This document shows positions 56,421-63,700 of a stretch of 64,000 bases of DNA, piece by piece. The DNA is taken from positions 64,001-128,000 of IMG/VR virus record IMGVR_UViG_3300009103_000003; one strand, 5' to 3'. A program made the translations under genes and the position numbers. Each line of letters begins with the position of its first letter. Within the stretch, counting starts at the first letter, position 1. Under the pieces are notes generated by a model. That model saw only the letters and a list, made by a program, of their open reading frames with translations. It made no database searches and had not been told where the DNA came from. Source of the stretch: a virus.

Positions 56421-56533
56421 TGACAGACATTTGGTTGTCAACACACTTATACCAGATATCTGCTGTAAGTAGCCGTTAAACCTGGATTTCTGTGACAGCT
56501 TTGGGGTTGTCACTGACAACCACCCACTTGTCA
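56421..56533. repeat. Right array of TGACA-N10-TGTCA palindromic boxes
   Basis: Boxes at 56421-56440, 56493-56512 and 56514-56533. Confidence 0.9.
56446..56453 (-). promoter_or_regulatory. Putative promoter element GGTATAAG between the boxes
   Basis: About 58 nt upstream of ATG 56388. Confidence 0.5.
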
Positions 56534-56541
56534 TTAATGAT

Positions 56542-56587
56542 AAAAAACAGAGTAGGGTGGGGACGCGACAAAAGTCACGCCCCCACC
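56542..56587 (-). terminator. Intrinsic terminator after the 273-aa gene
   Basis: 14-bp stem with two G-U pairs and TTTT loop; T-tract a few nt downstream. Confidence 0.75.
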
Positions 56588-56601
56588 ACTAACATAGAAT
56601 A

Positions 56602-57423
56602 TTACTGACCTTCAACCACATTGTTGCTTGGGGTCTTGGAATGCTTCGGTGCAGCGGCCTTCACGGCATACTGACGAACCTTCTTAAACCTGAACCCATG
56701 CTCCCTCATCAAAGAGGTCTGTGCAGTTGACAGAGCAGATGTAATGGCTACCTGACTACTCTCGCTGTCCCAGGCACCCTCAACGCACTTGGCGTAGGTG
56801 GGCTGAACAAACTGAGCGATGTATTCAGGAACATCAACAACCAATTTCAGGCCCCGCTTTTCCGCGAGGTCGGAAAGATAGAATGGAACACCCATCAGGC
56901 CCAACGCCTTTGTGGTGGTCTCATCCATCACCCCCTCCTCCACAGAGAGGCCGGTGCCGCTTGCAACCAAGTCCTTCAGGGCTTCGAAGTTGTGAGGCTT
57001 CTCTTTGGCGTCTCGGTACTTGATAGCACACGAAAGAAACGCACAGATGAACTCCTCACGGGCTCGGGCCTTTTCAGCCTTGGTAGGCTTCTTGGAACCA
57101 CGCTTCCACCCACCCCTGGTGATGAAGTTCAACGCGGCAGAGCCGTCGAAGTAACCATCGCAGGACAGAGTGAACCCGAACTTGCATTGCCAAGTCCGCT
57201 TCCCATCGCTGTACTCTGGAACACCTGAGTAGTAAACCGCCTTGGTATCGGGGTCCACCACACGGAGCATCCGCGTGACAACGTTATTATAAGTAATAGT
57301 AATAACATCTGGTGCCCGCTCCGGGTCAATCAGATTCAGCATAGCTTGCCCCATACCGGGAAGCTTCCATTTGGACTTGTTTGGGCCAGTCTTCTGACCT
57401 TGGTTGTTATCGTTGGTAGCCAT
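56602..57423 (-). CDS. Hypothetical protein (273 aa)
   Basis: SD AGGAG and its own terminator; no recognised domain. Confidence 0.8.
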   Translation of the reverse strand: MATNDNNQGQKTGPNKSKWKLPGMGQAMLNLIDPERAPDVITITYNNVVTRMLRVVDPDTKAVYYSGVPEYSDGKRTWQCKFGFTLSCDGYFDGSAALNFITRGGWKRGSKKPTKAEKARAREEFICAFLSCAIKYRDAKEKPHNFEALKDLVASGTGLSVEEGVMDETTTKALGLMGVPFYLSDLAEKRGLKLVVDVPEYIAQFVQPTYAKCVEGAWDSESSQVAITSALSTAQTSLMREHGFRFKKVRQYAVKAAAPKHSKTPSNNVVEGQ

Positions 57424-57454
57424 AACACATCTCCTCTTATAAAATTTTTATAAG

Positions 57455-58120
57455 CTAGCTCGCAGAATTGCGATTTAAGTGGAAGTTGAGGAAGTCTACA
57501 TCCACTGAATAATTTATCTCATCACCGATAATACTTTTGGCAACGAGAGCACAAATAATACTTGAAATGCCATATGCGCAGAAAATTGTGCTTTTTTCTG
57601 TGCACGGTAGCTGCACCGCTTCTTCGTCAGGAAACAGACTTTGGTCGTAGTAGGAAACGCTGTTTGCATTTGATTTGTCTACATAGAAGACAGATCCTTC
57701 ACGCGCTCCCATACGACCGTCCAGGAAATACTTTGCTCCGCTGCTTACAAGAAAGCTTGACCAGATATCTGAGCGAGCAGACATATTGTCCACTGCTGAG
57801 ATTACATAGTCTTCTTGGAAGGTTTCACCCCCCTCGAACTTCCTGTCTTCAGCGATGATTTCCGCACCGGTTCCTTCCGATAGCCGTTGCTGCAAGGCTT
57901 CACATTTCTTATACCCAATTTCGGTCACGAAATAGCCTTGATTGGCTACGTTGTGAGACTCGACATCGTCAAAGTCATAGATGCGTATCTTTCGAATACC
58001 CATCTTGCACAAGGCTTCAGCAACATGGGACCCAATAGCCCCTGCGCCAACAATAGCTACAGAGCGGTTCTGTACGATTTCGTCTGGGATAATTCCGGAC
58101 TGGCGTGTGGTATCAATCAT
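57455..58120 (-). CDS. E1-like ThiF/MoeB adenylating enzyme
   Basis: AIVGAGAIGS, YDFDDVESHNVANQ, VDNMSAR, FLDGRMG, putative catalytic Cys in LPCT. Confidence 0.92.
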   Translation of the reverse strand: MIDTTRQSGIIPDEIVQNRSVAIVGAGAIGSHVAEALCKMGIRKIRIYDFDDVESHNVANQGYFVTEIGYKKCEALQQRLSEGTGAEIIAEDRKFEGGETFQEDYVISAVDNMSARSDIWSSFLVSSGAKYFLDGRMGAREGSVFYVDKSNANSVSYYDQSLFPDEEAVQLPCTEKSTIFCAYGISSIICALVAKSIIGDEINYSVDVDFLNFHLNRNSAS

Positions 58121-59136
58121 ACTGCCACCCCAACCGGCTCATCTTCATCCTCGTCGTCTTCTCCAAACTCTGCTGCTAGGATTTTCTGGACTTCATCGTC
58201 CTGTTCTTCGTCGTCCTTTTTGCTTCCGACGTCGTAGTACAGTCCAGACAACTCATCCAAAATTTCCTCTGTGCTCATTTCTTTTGCGTACCACTTAGAG
58301 TGATATTCAATGACCTCTGTAAGATCTACGATGTTTTCTTCGTAGAGTTCTGCCAGAAGCTCTAGTTCATCGGGCAACCGCAGAGACTCTTTTACGTACT
58401 CAACATTCGCGATCAAGTCATCTTCGTCCGAAGCGCTTTCGCTTTTGTCGTCTCCAGCTTCTTTGCTTTGATGACCGCCGTCCCAGCCGATGTAGTCGTC
58501 GTCCCAGTGGCCGAAGAAGCTCTGGTGGCCGTTTACTTTTCCCGTGTATGAACCGGTAGTGTACTTTCTTGTGTGTTTGACAACATTTAGTTGCGTAGGC
58601 GCGGGTCGAGAGACGTGGTCTTCAACCATCTCCTTTGCCCAGCCGTCCTCCAAGATGCTTACCTGATCAACAGACCATCCACACTTTTCAAAGGAAAACC
58701 TGAACGGGTTGTACATATCTACCCGGACATTGAGGTCTCTCTTTTTGTTGGAGATTACGCTAATACAGACCTTATCAAAATTGAATTCTTCAATTTGTTT
58801 CTCGTCTGTTCCGGAATGACCGGTATCCATATTTACATGGGAGTGCCACCATACACAGATTTGGTCTGAACTTATCCCCTGGTCCCTAAGCTCCAAAGAC
58901 ACATCTGCATAAGAGTCCATATCGAAGACAGTACTGCCCCCAGTGCACTCTTGGTCTGGAACATAGAATTCTAGAACATAGAAAGGCTCTTTAATGCCCC
59001 ACTCATTTCGTTGAGCATCTGTGGCAATAATACCAATTGCTGATATCTCAATTGGGCACTCATCAGTCAATGCTGTCATTTGTTGATATGCTTTTTGTGT
59101 AAATCGGACGGTTGGCTTTGTTAGAACTTTAGTCAT
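58117..59136 (-). CDS. JAB/JAMM metallo-isopeptidase with acidic tail (likely start ATG 59136)
   Basis: Glu in PIEIS; HSH-VNMDTGH-S-GT-D fits HxH-x7-S-x2-D. Confidence 0.92.
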   Translation of the reverse strand: MTKVLTKPTVRFTQKAYQQMTALTDECPIEISAIGIIATDAQRNEWGIKEPFYVLEFYVPDQECTGGSTVFDMDSYADVSLELRDQGISSDQICVWWHSHVNMDTGHSGTDEKQIEEFNFDKVCISVISNKKRDLNVRVDMYNPFRFSFEKCGWSVDQVSILEDGWAKEMVEDHVSRPAPTQLNVVKHTRKYTTGSYTGKVNGHQSFFGHWDDDYIGWDGGHQSKEAGDDKSESASDEDDLIANVEYVKESLRLPDELELLAELYEENIVDLTEVIEYHSKWYAKEMSTEEILDELSGLYYDVGSKKDDEEQDDEVQKILAAEFGEDDEDEDEPVGVAV

Positions 59137-60238
59137 TAGTTCCTCCTGGATTGGTTTGTTGTTGAGCGAAACGGGCTGCATACTCGTTTCTTGAGATGCA
59201 GGGTGTTCCGTTTATTCCTCTATATGATGCTGGCGGGTTTATCGGATGAACGTGATGAACCATGCAGCAGCTATGGCAGTGACCACAGCCGCTAAGGTCT
59301 TCTTGTTCTTGGATAGTTCCGCATTCGTTGCATCTAGGACACTCACAATCCGCCATGATGTGGTTCCCTGACTCACATACAGCGTTGTCCCATCTGTTTG
59401 GGCACCACGCAGATAAGTGTACGTACGGGTTCTCTCTATTATAATGTTGTAGAAAGTCCGTGAGCGTTTCGATTACTTTAGCGATATCCTTAACACCCAT
59501 ATCTTGTATTAGGGTGGGTTGGATATTGCCTAGGCATGCTGCACCATGCTCGTTTAGATGTGGGTGCGGATAGTTTCTCCTGTTACCCTCATCCGGGTTA
59601 ACGCTTTTGCAGTATACAGTGACTCGGTTTCCTCGAACGGGGTCACCGTTGTAAGTTACAGAGCAATCAAATTTACCAAAGTTGTGTGGGAGAACAGATC
59701 CGAAACCATCTTTTATGAAGATATCGTTAGTTCTCCAAGTTAGTTTTTGCTCATCTGCACTGATTGTGGAGAACTTGATTGGGACACGCGTATCGATGAG
59801 ACCCTCAATGAAACGAATCATCAACGCTCTTTTTTCGAAACCATCCTCTGTGTAGATTTCTCCGTTCAACTCCAAGCGCCTTTTTATCTGCGCAATAGCT
59901 CGCTCACACCTTTCCGCTCGGTCTCTTGCCTGAGAAGACTTTGAACTTCGGTCCATAAGCTTTTGTCTGGCAGCACGCGTTCTCGCTCTGGCACGGTCGT
60001 ACTCTGCCTCCTTGGCAGCAAGGCGTTGCTGGGCTCGGGTATAGATAGCCGACCTAGCAGAGACCTTATTGTTGTGCATTCGTTCTGCGGCACGCTCTCT
60101 TTCTAGCGCGGCAGACAATTTTATAAGCTCTTTTGAAGCAAGACTTTCTGAGTCGGTGATGATGGTCTGAAGTTGTTTGGCAATCAGAGCGTCGTCACCA
60201 TTAAAAGTTAGTTCGTAGTTTTTTGCTGTTGATGCCAT
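59129..60238 (-). CDS. E2/UBC-like protein with N-terminal coiled coil and C-terminal Cys/His cluster (likely start ATG 60238)
   Basis: YPHPHLNEHGAACLG resembles UBC HPN..G.xCL; lies between Ubl and JAB genes. Confidence 0.78.
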   Translation of the reverse strand: MASTAKNYELTFNGDDALIAKQLQTIITDSESLASKELIKLSAALERERAAERMHNNKVSARSAIYTRAQQRLAAKEAEYDRARARTRAARQKLMDRSSKSSQARDRAERCERAIAQIKRRLELNGEIYTEDGFEKRALMIRFIEGLIDTRVPIKFSTISADEQKLTWRTNDIFIKDGFGSVLPHNFGKFDCSVTYNGDPVRGNRVTVYCKSVNPDEGNRRNYPHPHLNEHGAACLGNIQPTLIQDMGVKDIAKVIETLTDFLQHYNRENPYVHLSAWCPNRWDNAVCESGNHIMADCECPRCNECGTIQEQEDLSGCGHCHSCCMVHHVHPINPPASYRGINGTPCISRNEYAARFAQQQTNPGGTND

Positions 60239-60249
60239 AGTTTCTCCAC

Positions 60250-60286
60250 AAAAAAATAGCGGATGCCCCCCGAAGGGGACACCCGC
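60250..60286 (-). terminator. Intrinsic terminator between the Ubl and E2 genes
   Basis: GCGGGTGTCCCC-TTCG-GGGGGCATCCGC followed by TATTTTTTT on the minus strand. Confidence 0.88.
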
Positions 60287-60296
60287 CACTTTTATT

Positions 60297-60338
60297 ACTC
60301 GTTATATTATTGGTCAGGTATAACGAGTTTGGGTCAGG
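60297..60338. promoter_or_regulatory. 10-bp inverted repeat plus GGTCAGG direct repeats
   Basis: ACTCGTTATA (60297-60306) and TATAACGAGT (60319-60328); GGTCAGG at 60312 and 60332. Confidence 0.5.
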
Positions 60339-60351
60339 AGACTAGTAACGA

Positions 60352-60861
60352 CTACTGTCGTCCACCAGCAACCTTGTTACCAACCCAAATCTCATGCGGC
60401 CCTTCACCGAGAACGGTGCTGTTCGGGTCCGTAATGTCTGCGGTTTGGCCAGGGCCAACTCGTCGCTTGAAGGTGAGGCTGCGAATATCCCAGCCGCCCT
60501 CTTGCGTATTTAGCGTACTCACGATGTCTCCAAGAGTGGAGTCAGTGCGAACTTCAAGGCAACGGTCAGACTTACCATTTCGGATAAGCGTAACAACACA
60601 CATGTCAGCGGCGCTGACTGTGCTTGTGGACGGGGCGGCGAAGGAGATGTTTCCTCCTCCGTTAACACCACCAGAACCATTAGTTCCGTTGCTGTTCGTT
60701 GCTGATTCAAGTCGGCTTTGCGCCTCGTTTACAGCAGACTGGAGCGCCTGCAAGCGGTCGAGGTTGCTTCGACTGTAGTCTGTTCCCATGTTGGCAACGA
60801 AAGAATCTCGTGCTGAGGTTGCTGACCCCAACGTTTCGTTCAAGTAATCAATGTTTTGCAT
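60352..60861 (-). CDS. Ubiquitin-like (beta-grasp) protein with helical N-terminal extension, ending GG-RQ
   Basis: C-terminal 85 aa follow a beta-grasp pattern and end NKVAGGRQ; SD AAGGAG. Confidence 0.82.
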   Translation of the reverse strand: MQNIDYLNETLGSATSARDSFVANMGTDYSRSNLDRLQALQSAVNEAQSRLESATNSNGTNGSGGVNGGGNISFAAPSTSTVSAADMCVVTLIRNGKSDRCLEVRTDSTLGDIVSTLNTQEGGWDIRSLTFKRRVGPGQTADITDPNSTVLGEGPHEIWVGNKVAGGRQ

Positions 60862-60876
60862 AACTAGTTAGTCTCC

Positions 60877-61236
60877 TTAGACTAGATCCCAACGGAAACC
60901 GTTGAAAATCTTTTGTAGCTTACCCGTTATTTCTTCCATGCTTTCTGCATTGAGGGTAACTACTGATGAATCATCAAAATCTACACGAATTGCTCGTGGT
61001 ACATTAGACATGTCTGGCGTTTGGCTTTTGCCGATATCGCCTGCTGTAGCGTAAACGCTATACTCTATAAATGTCACATTATCGTTCTCGAAGGATGGTC
61101 TCCGTCCCACATAGCAGGTCAAATCCCAGCCCTTGTGTGACGCTGTTTTAACCTTCTTTCGGTTCTCCAAAACTTTAGATATTAGCGCATAATAATCTTC
61201 ACGCCCAGTTTCCGGAGTGTCAGTTCTCTCAACCAT
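60877..61236 (-). CDS. Hypothetical protein (119 aa)
   Basis: SD GAGG; tiled. Confidence 0.7.
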   Translation of the reverse strand: MVERTDTPETGREDYYALISKVLENRKKVKTASHKGWDLTCYVGRRPSFENDNVTFIEYSVYATAGDIGKSQTPDMSNVPRAIRVDFDDSSVVTLNAESMEEITGKLQKIFNGFRWDLV

Positions 61237-61257
61237 TGATCCTCTTTTTCTGCTCGG

Positions 61258-61878
61258 CTATCGCTTCTGAGAGGGGTGGTCCTTAAATAAAACCGAATAT
61301 TTTCTTTTTAGGAATCGAATATGTTTTTTGACGCTATTTGAATACCTCGCCGGTCGAGTACATTTCCTACACTGGGAATCGGTACCACACTTGTCGAGGC
61401 ATTTATTTTGGACATACTTCCAGCCTTGCCCGCCGTTGTAGCAGGCAAACACTTTGGTACCACGACACTGCCTATAATTTTTCCGAAATAATGAGATTAA
61501 GAGAAGAGACGCTTTCATATTATTCTCTACGACAAGCATGTCCTTCTCACAGTCATTAAATCCGAAAACCTTTTTTAGTCGTTTTCTGTGGATGCGGCAG
61601 TTAACCTGCATCAGCCCATAATCACCGGTGTGGCTAATAGCCCGATCAGTGAGACCGGACTCAACCATCCCAATACCGATAATTTCGTATGCGTCATACT
61701 CGCCAGGAATAAGCGGGAGAACCCTCTTGATCTGAGAGATATGTCTTTCGCTCAGAGACTTTGGGGGATTCCTTCCGGAACCACTGTACTTGGCCTTTTT
61801 TACTTGGGCCATAGAAATACTTAAACAAGCAGCGCTCATAAAACCGAACGCAAAAAGTGTTAGTAAAGTTCTCCTCAT
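61258..61878 (-). CDS. Lytic transglycosylase (SLT) with N-terminal signal/anchor
   Basis: IGMVES (catalytic Glu), GDYGLMQVN, ACYNGG; hydrophobic N-terminus. Confidence 0.85.
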   Translation of the reverse strand: MRRTLLTLFAFGFMSAACLSISMAQVKKAKYSGSGRNPPKSLSERHISQIKRVLPLIPGEYDAYEIIGIGMVESGLTDRAISHTGDYGLMQVNCRIHRKRLKKVFGFNDCEKDMLVVENNMKASLLLISLFRKNYRQCRGTKVFACYNGGQGWKYVQNKCLDKCGTDSQCRKCTRPARYSNSVKKHIRFLKRKYSVLFKDHPSQKR

Positions 61879-61889
61879 TATACTCTCCT

Positions 61890-62316
61890 GGTTACGTTTC
61901 CGTTGCCCCCAGCAGTCCGCACAGACAAGCTATTGCTTCTTGCTGTATCCCAACAAGAAACTTTCCATTCGGTGCGAAGCTACAGGATTCAAGGCCCTGT
62001 TTTGGCGGGCCAGCCTAGTCAAGCATTTCTCAGAAACAATGGTGAAACCAACTTTGGATTTACACTGAAACCTACTTACTCTTAGAGCGGTCTTTTCCCG
62101 ACTGTCAGCGTATCTTTCCCACGAATGGGACTGGCTACGCGCAGACAATGAAGCTTCTTTAACATCCGATCATAAGATGAACCTAGGGCCTGACAGGTGT
62201 GCCCCTGTTGTTTGAATTGCCACCTACCTAGGATGGCAGCGTAAAAACAACTTTGGTGACAGTGACCTCGGTTTCCGTGTCATCATGAAAGGAACTAACG
62301 TAAATTAGCCTTCATC
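61890..62316 (-). ncRNA. Candidate structured non-coding RNA or long structured leader (about 430 nt)
   Basis: No credible ORF; several hairpins, one with a UUCG loop, one with G-U pairing on the minus strand; promoter-like GGTATAAT immediately upstream. Confidence 0.55.
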
Positions 62317-62322
62317 AGTGTT

Positions 62323-62330
62323 ATTATACC
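62323..62330 (-). promoter_or_regulatory. Putative -10 element GGTATAAT
   Basis: Consensus TATAAT directly upstream of the structured region; -35 weak. Confidence 0.55.
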
Positions 62331-62380
62331 TTAGTAATTCTGTAATTTGCACTACATCCGGCGAACGCACACTCCTTGTG

Positions 62381-62818
62381 TTAGGGCCTCGTAAACCTGA
62401 GTCCGCCGATAAGTATGGACTTTTTTATAGACATAGAGGCTTTCTTAGACATAGCAGCCAACGCCTTTCGGTCCCACTCAGGAGTCACCTCGTCTTTTAC
62501 AGGTGAGAGCGGCTCCCTATAGTCAGCTACCATTTCCTCGCCCGGAGCGATATCTTTAGTGGCATAGGCAATAAGTTTTTTGCCGGATTTCCGTAAACCC
62601 ACATTGGCCACAGGTGAGTGGTTGAAGTAATCCCCCAGAAGGGTTTGGTGATAGTCCTTATAAACATCACCCGTGGGCTTACCGCTCTTTCTTATTAAGG
62701 CAACGCCGAGGACTTCCCCAGCCTTGTGGCCGCGCACACTGAAGCTCCCGGTCCCATCGATGGGGGACCGCTTGTGCTTTATCCGACCGTTTTCAACATG
62801 AGATAACATACTGTCCAC
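62381..62818 (-). CDS. SET-domain protein (putative lysine methyltransferase)
   Basis: SPIDGTGSF, YFNHSPVAN, ATKDIAPGEEMVADY. Confidence 0.88.
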   Translation of the reverse strand: MDSMLSHVENGRIKHKRSPIDGTGSFSVRGHKAGEVLGVALIRKSGKPTGDVYKDYHQTLLGDYFNHSPVANVGLRKSGKKLIAYATKDIAPGEEMVADYREPLSPVKDEVTPEWDRKALAAMSKKASMSIKKSILIGGLRFTRP

Positions 62819-62858
62819 CAGTATAACTGATAATACAAAAAATGGTCCAGCTAAAGAG

Positions 62859-63173
62859 CTAACCTTTCTTGTCAGTCTTCTTACTACGTTTTTCTGTAAA
62901 TATCGAGTTTATCGTTTGGTGGAGCAATAAACCAAAAACTTGGATGGACTTATGTTCCATCTCGGCTTCTGAGAAGAAGTTAATAGCTTCAACTACTTCG
63001 TGCCATAAGGTTTCCCACGCCATGGTGTTGCTTAGGGATGCATCGATGGTGATCGTTAGATCAACCCCATCGAAGATCCCATAAGCATCAAAATCGTCCA
63101 GCAGTCCCTTTTTCCGTAGTACTTTAAGAGTGTGTCCACCAATTGAGATTGCTTTCGGAAGTTGCCTTTTCAC
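62859..63173 (-). CDS. Small zincin-like protein (HExxE variant)
   Basis: ETLWHEVVEAI; common small phage metallopeptidase-like pattern. Confidence 0.55.
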   Translation of the reverse strand: MKRQLPKAISIGGHTLKVLRKKGLLDDFDAYGIFDGVDLTITIDASLSNTMAWETLWHEVVEAINFFSEAEMEHKSIQVFGLLLHQTINSIFTEKRSKKTDKKG

Positions 63174-63182
63174 GGTGGGCTC

Positions 63183-63410
63183 CTATTCGTCAGAGGCAGC
63201 GTCGCCTTCAGTTGCGTCAGACTTACCTACGTCCCCAGCGGTGCTTCCGGCGTCTGGTTGACTCGCAGCGGAGTCATCATCATCTCCGGAAAGCTTAGCA
63301 ATGCTTTCTGGTGTATCGATAACACCGAAGAACATTCCTGCTCCCGCACCGGCCCCGGCAATCAGGCCGAGAAGGGCGGCTACACTCAAAATTTTCAAGA
63401 GCTTTTTCAT
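63183..63410 (-). CDS. Small membrane-anchored acidic protein
   Basis: N-terminal hydrophobic helix; SD GGAGG. Confidence 0.65.
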   Translation of the reverse strand: MKKLLKILSVAALLGLIAGAGAGAGMFFGVIDTPESIAKLSGDDDDSAASQPDAGSTAGDVGKSDATEGDAASDE

Positions 63411-63430
63411 TTTGTTTCCTCCAGATTAAG

Positions 63431-63700
63431 CTACTCAAGCTGGCGCAAGCCGTTATGGCATTCCGCATATGCGTTGGCCAGAGAGATGAGCTTAACCCCC
63501 CTAGCTTCTTTGTAGTAGCCCGTGTCCAGAGTACACAAATGCTTGTGTACCTGTTCCGCTGCGTAGTACAGCTTTTCTAGGTTGGGAATATCATAAGCTC
63601 TCGGGAATAGTCCAGCTTTATCAAGCACTTGCGCGAACTCTGAAAATTTTTTTAATTCTTCTTTAGATTCTTGTGTATCTTTATTTACTTCATTACTCAT
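63431..63700 (-). CDS. Hypothetical protein (89 aa)
   Basis: Coupled ORF. Confidence 0.65.
   Translation of the reverse strand: MSNEVNKDTQESKEELKKFSEFAQVLDKAGLFPRAYDIPNLEKLYYAAEQVHKHLCTLDTGYYKEARGVKLISLANAYAECHNGLRQLE

Noticed and set aside
57436-57454. 19-bp AT-rich palindrome CTTATAAAATTTTTATAAG upstream of the 273-aa gene
   Set aside because: Single low-complexity occurrence; could be an operator or weak hairpin but there is no supporting evidence.
57455-58120. ThiF/MoeB for thiamine or molybdopterin synthesis
   Set aside because: No ThiG/ThiS/MoaE-type neighbours; it is coupled to JAB and E2-like genes, and the Ubl has a large N-terminal extension.
61890-62316. tmRNA, RNase P RNA, tRNA or group II intron
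   Set aside because: No tRNA-like ends or T-loop, no GAGGAAAGUCC-type RNase P core and no domain V pattern seen; kept only as an unclassified RNA candidate.
61790-62506. Short ORFs listed in the track over the structured region
   Set aside because: No SD, mutually overlapping, no protein-like motifs.
62859-63173. Active zincin peptidase as part of the Ubl system
   Set aside because: The motif is HEVVE rather than HExxH, the gene is separated from the operon, and JAB already supplies the peptidase.
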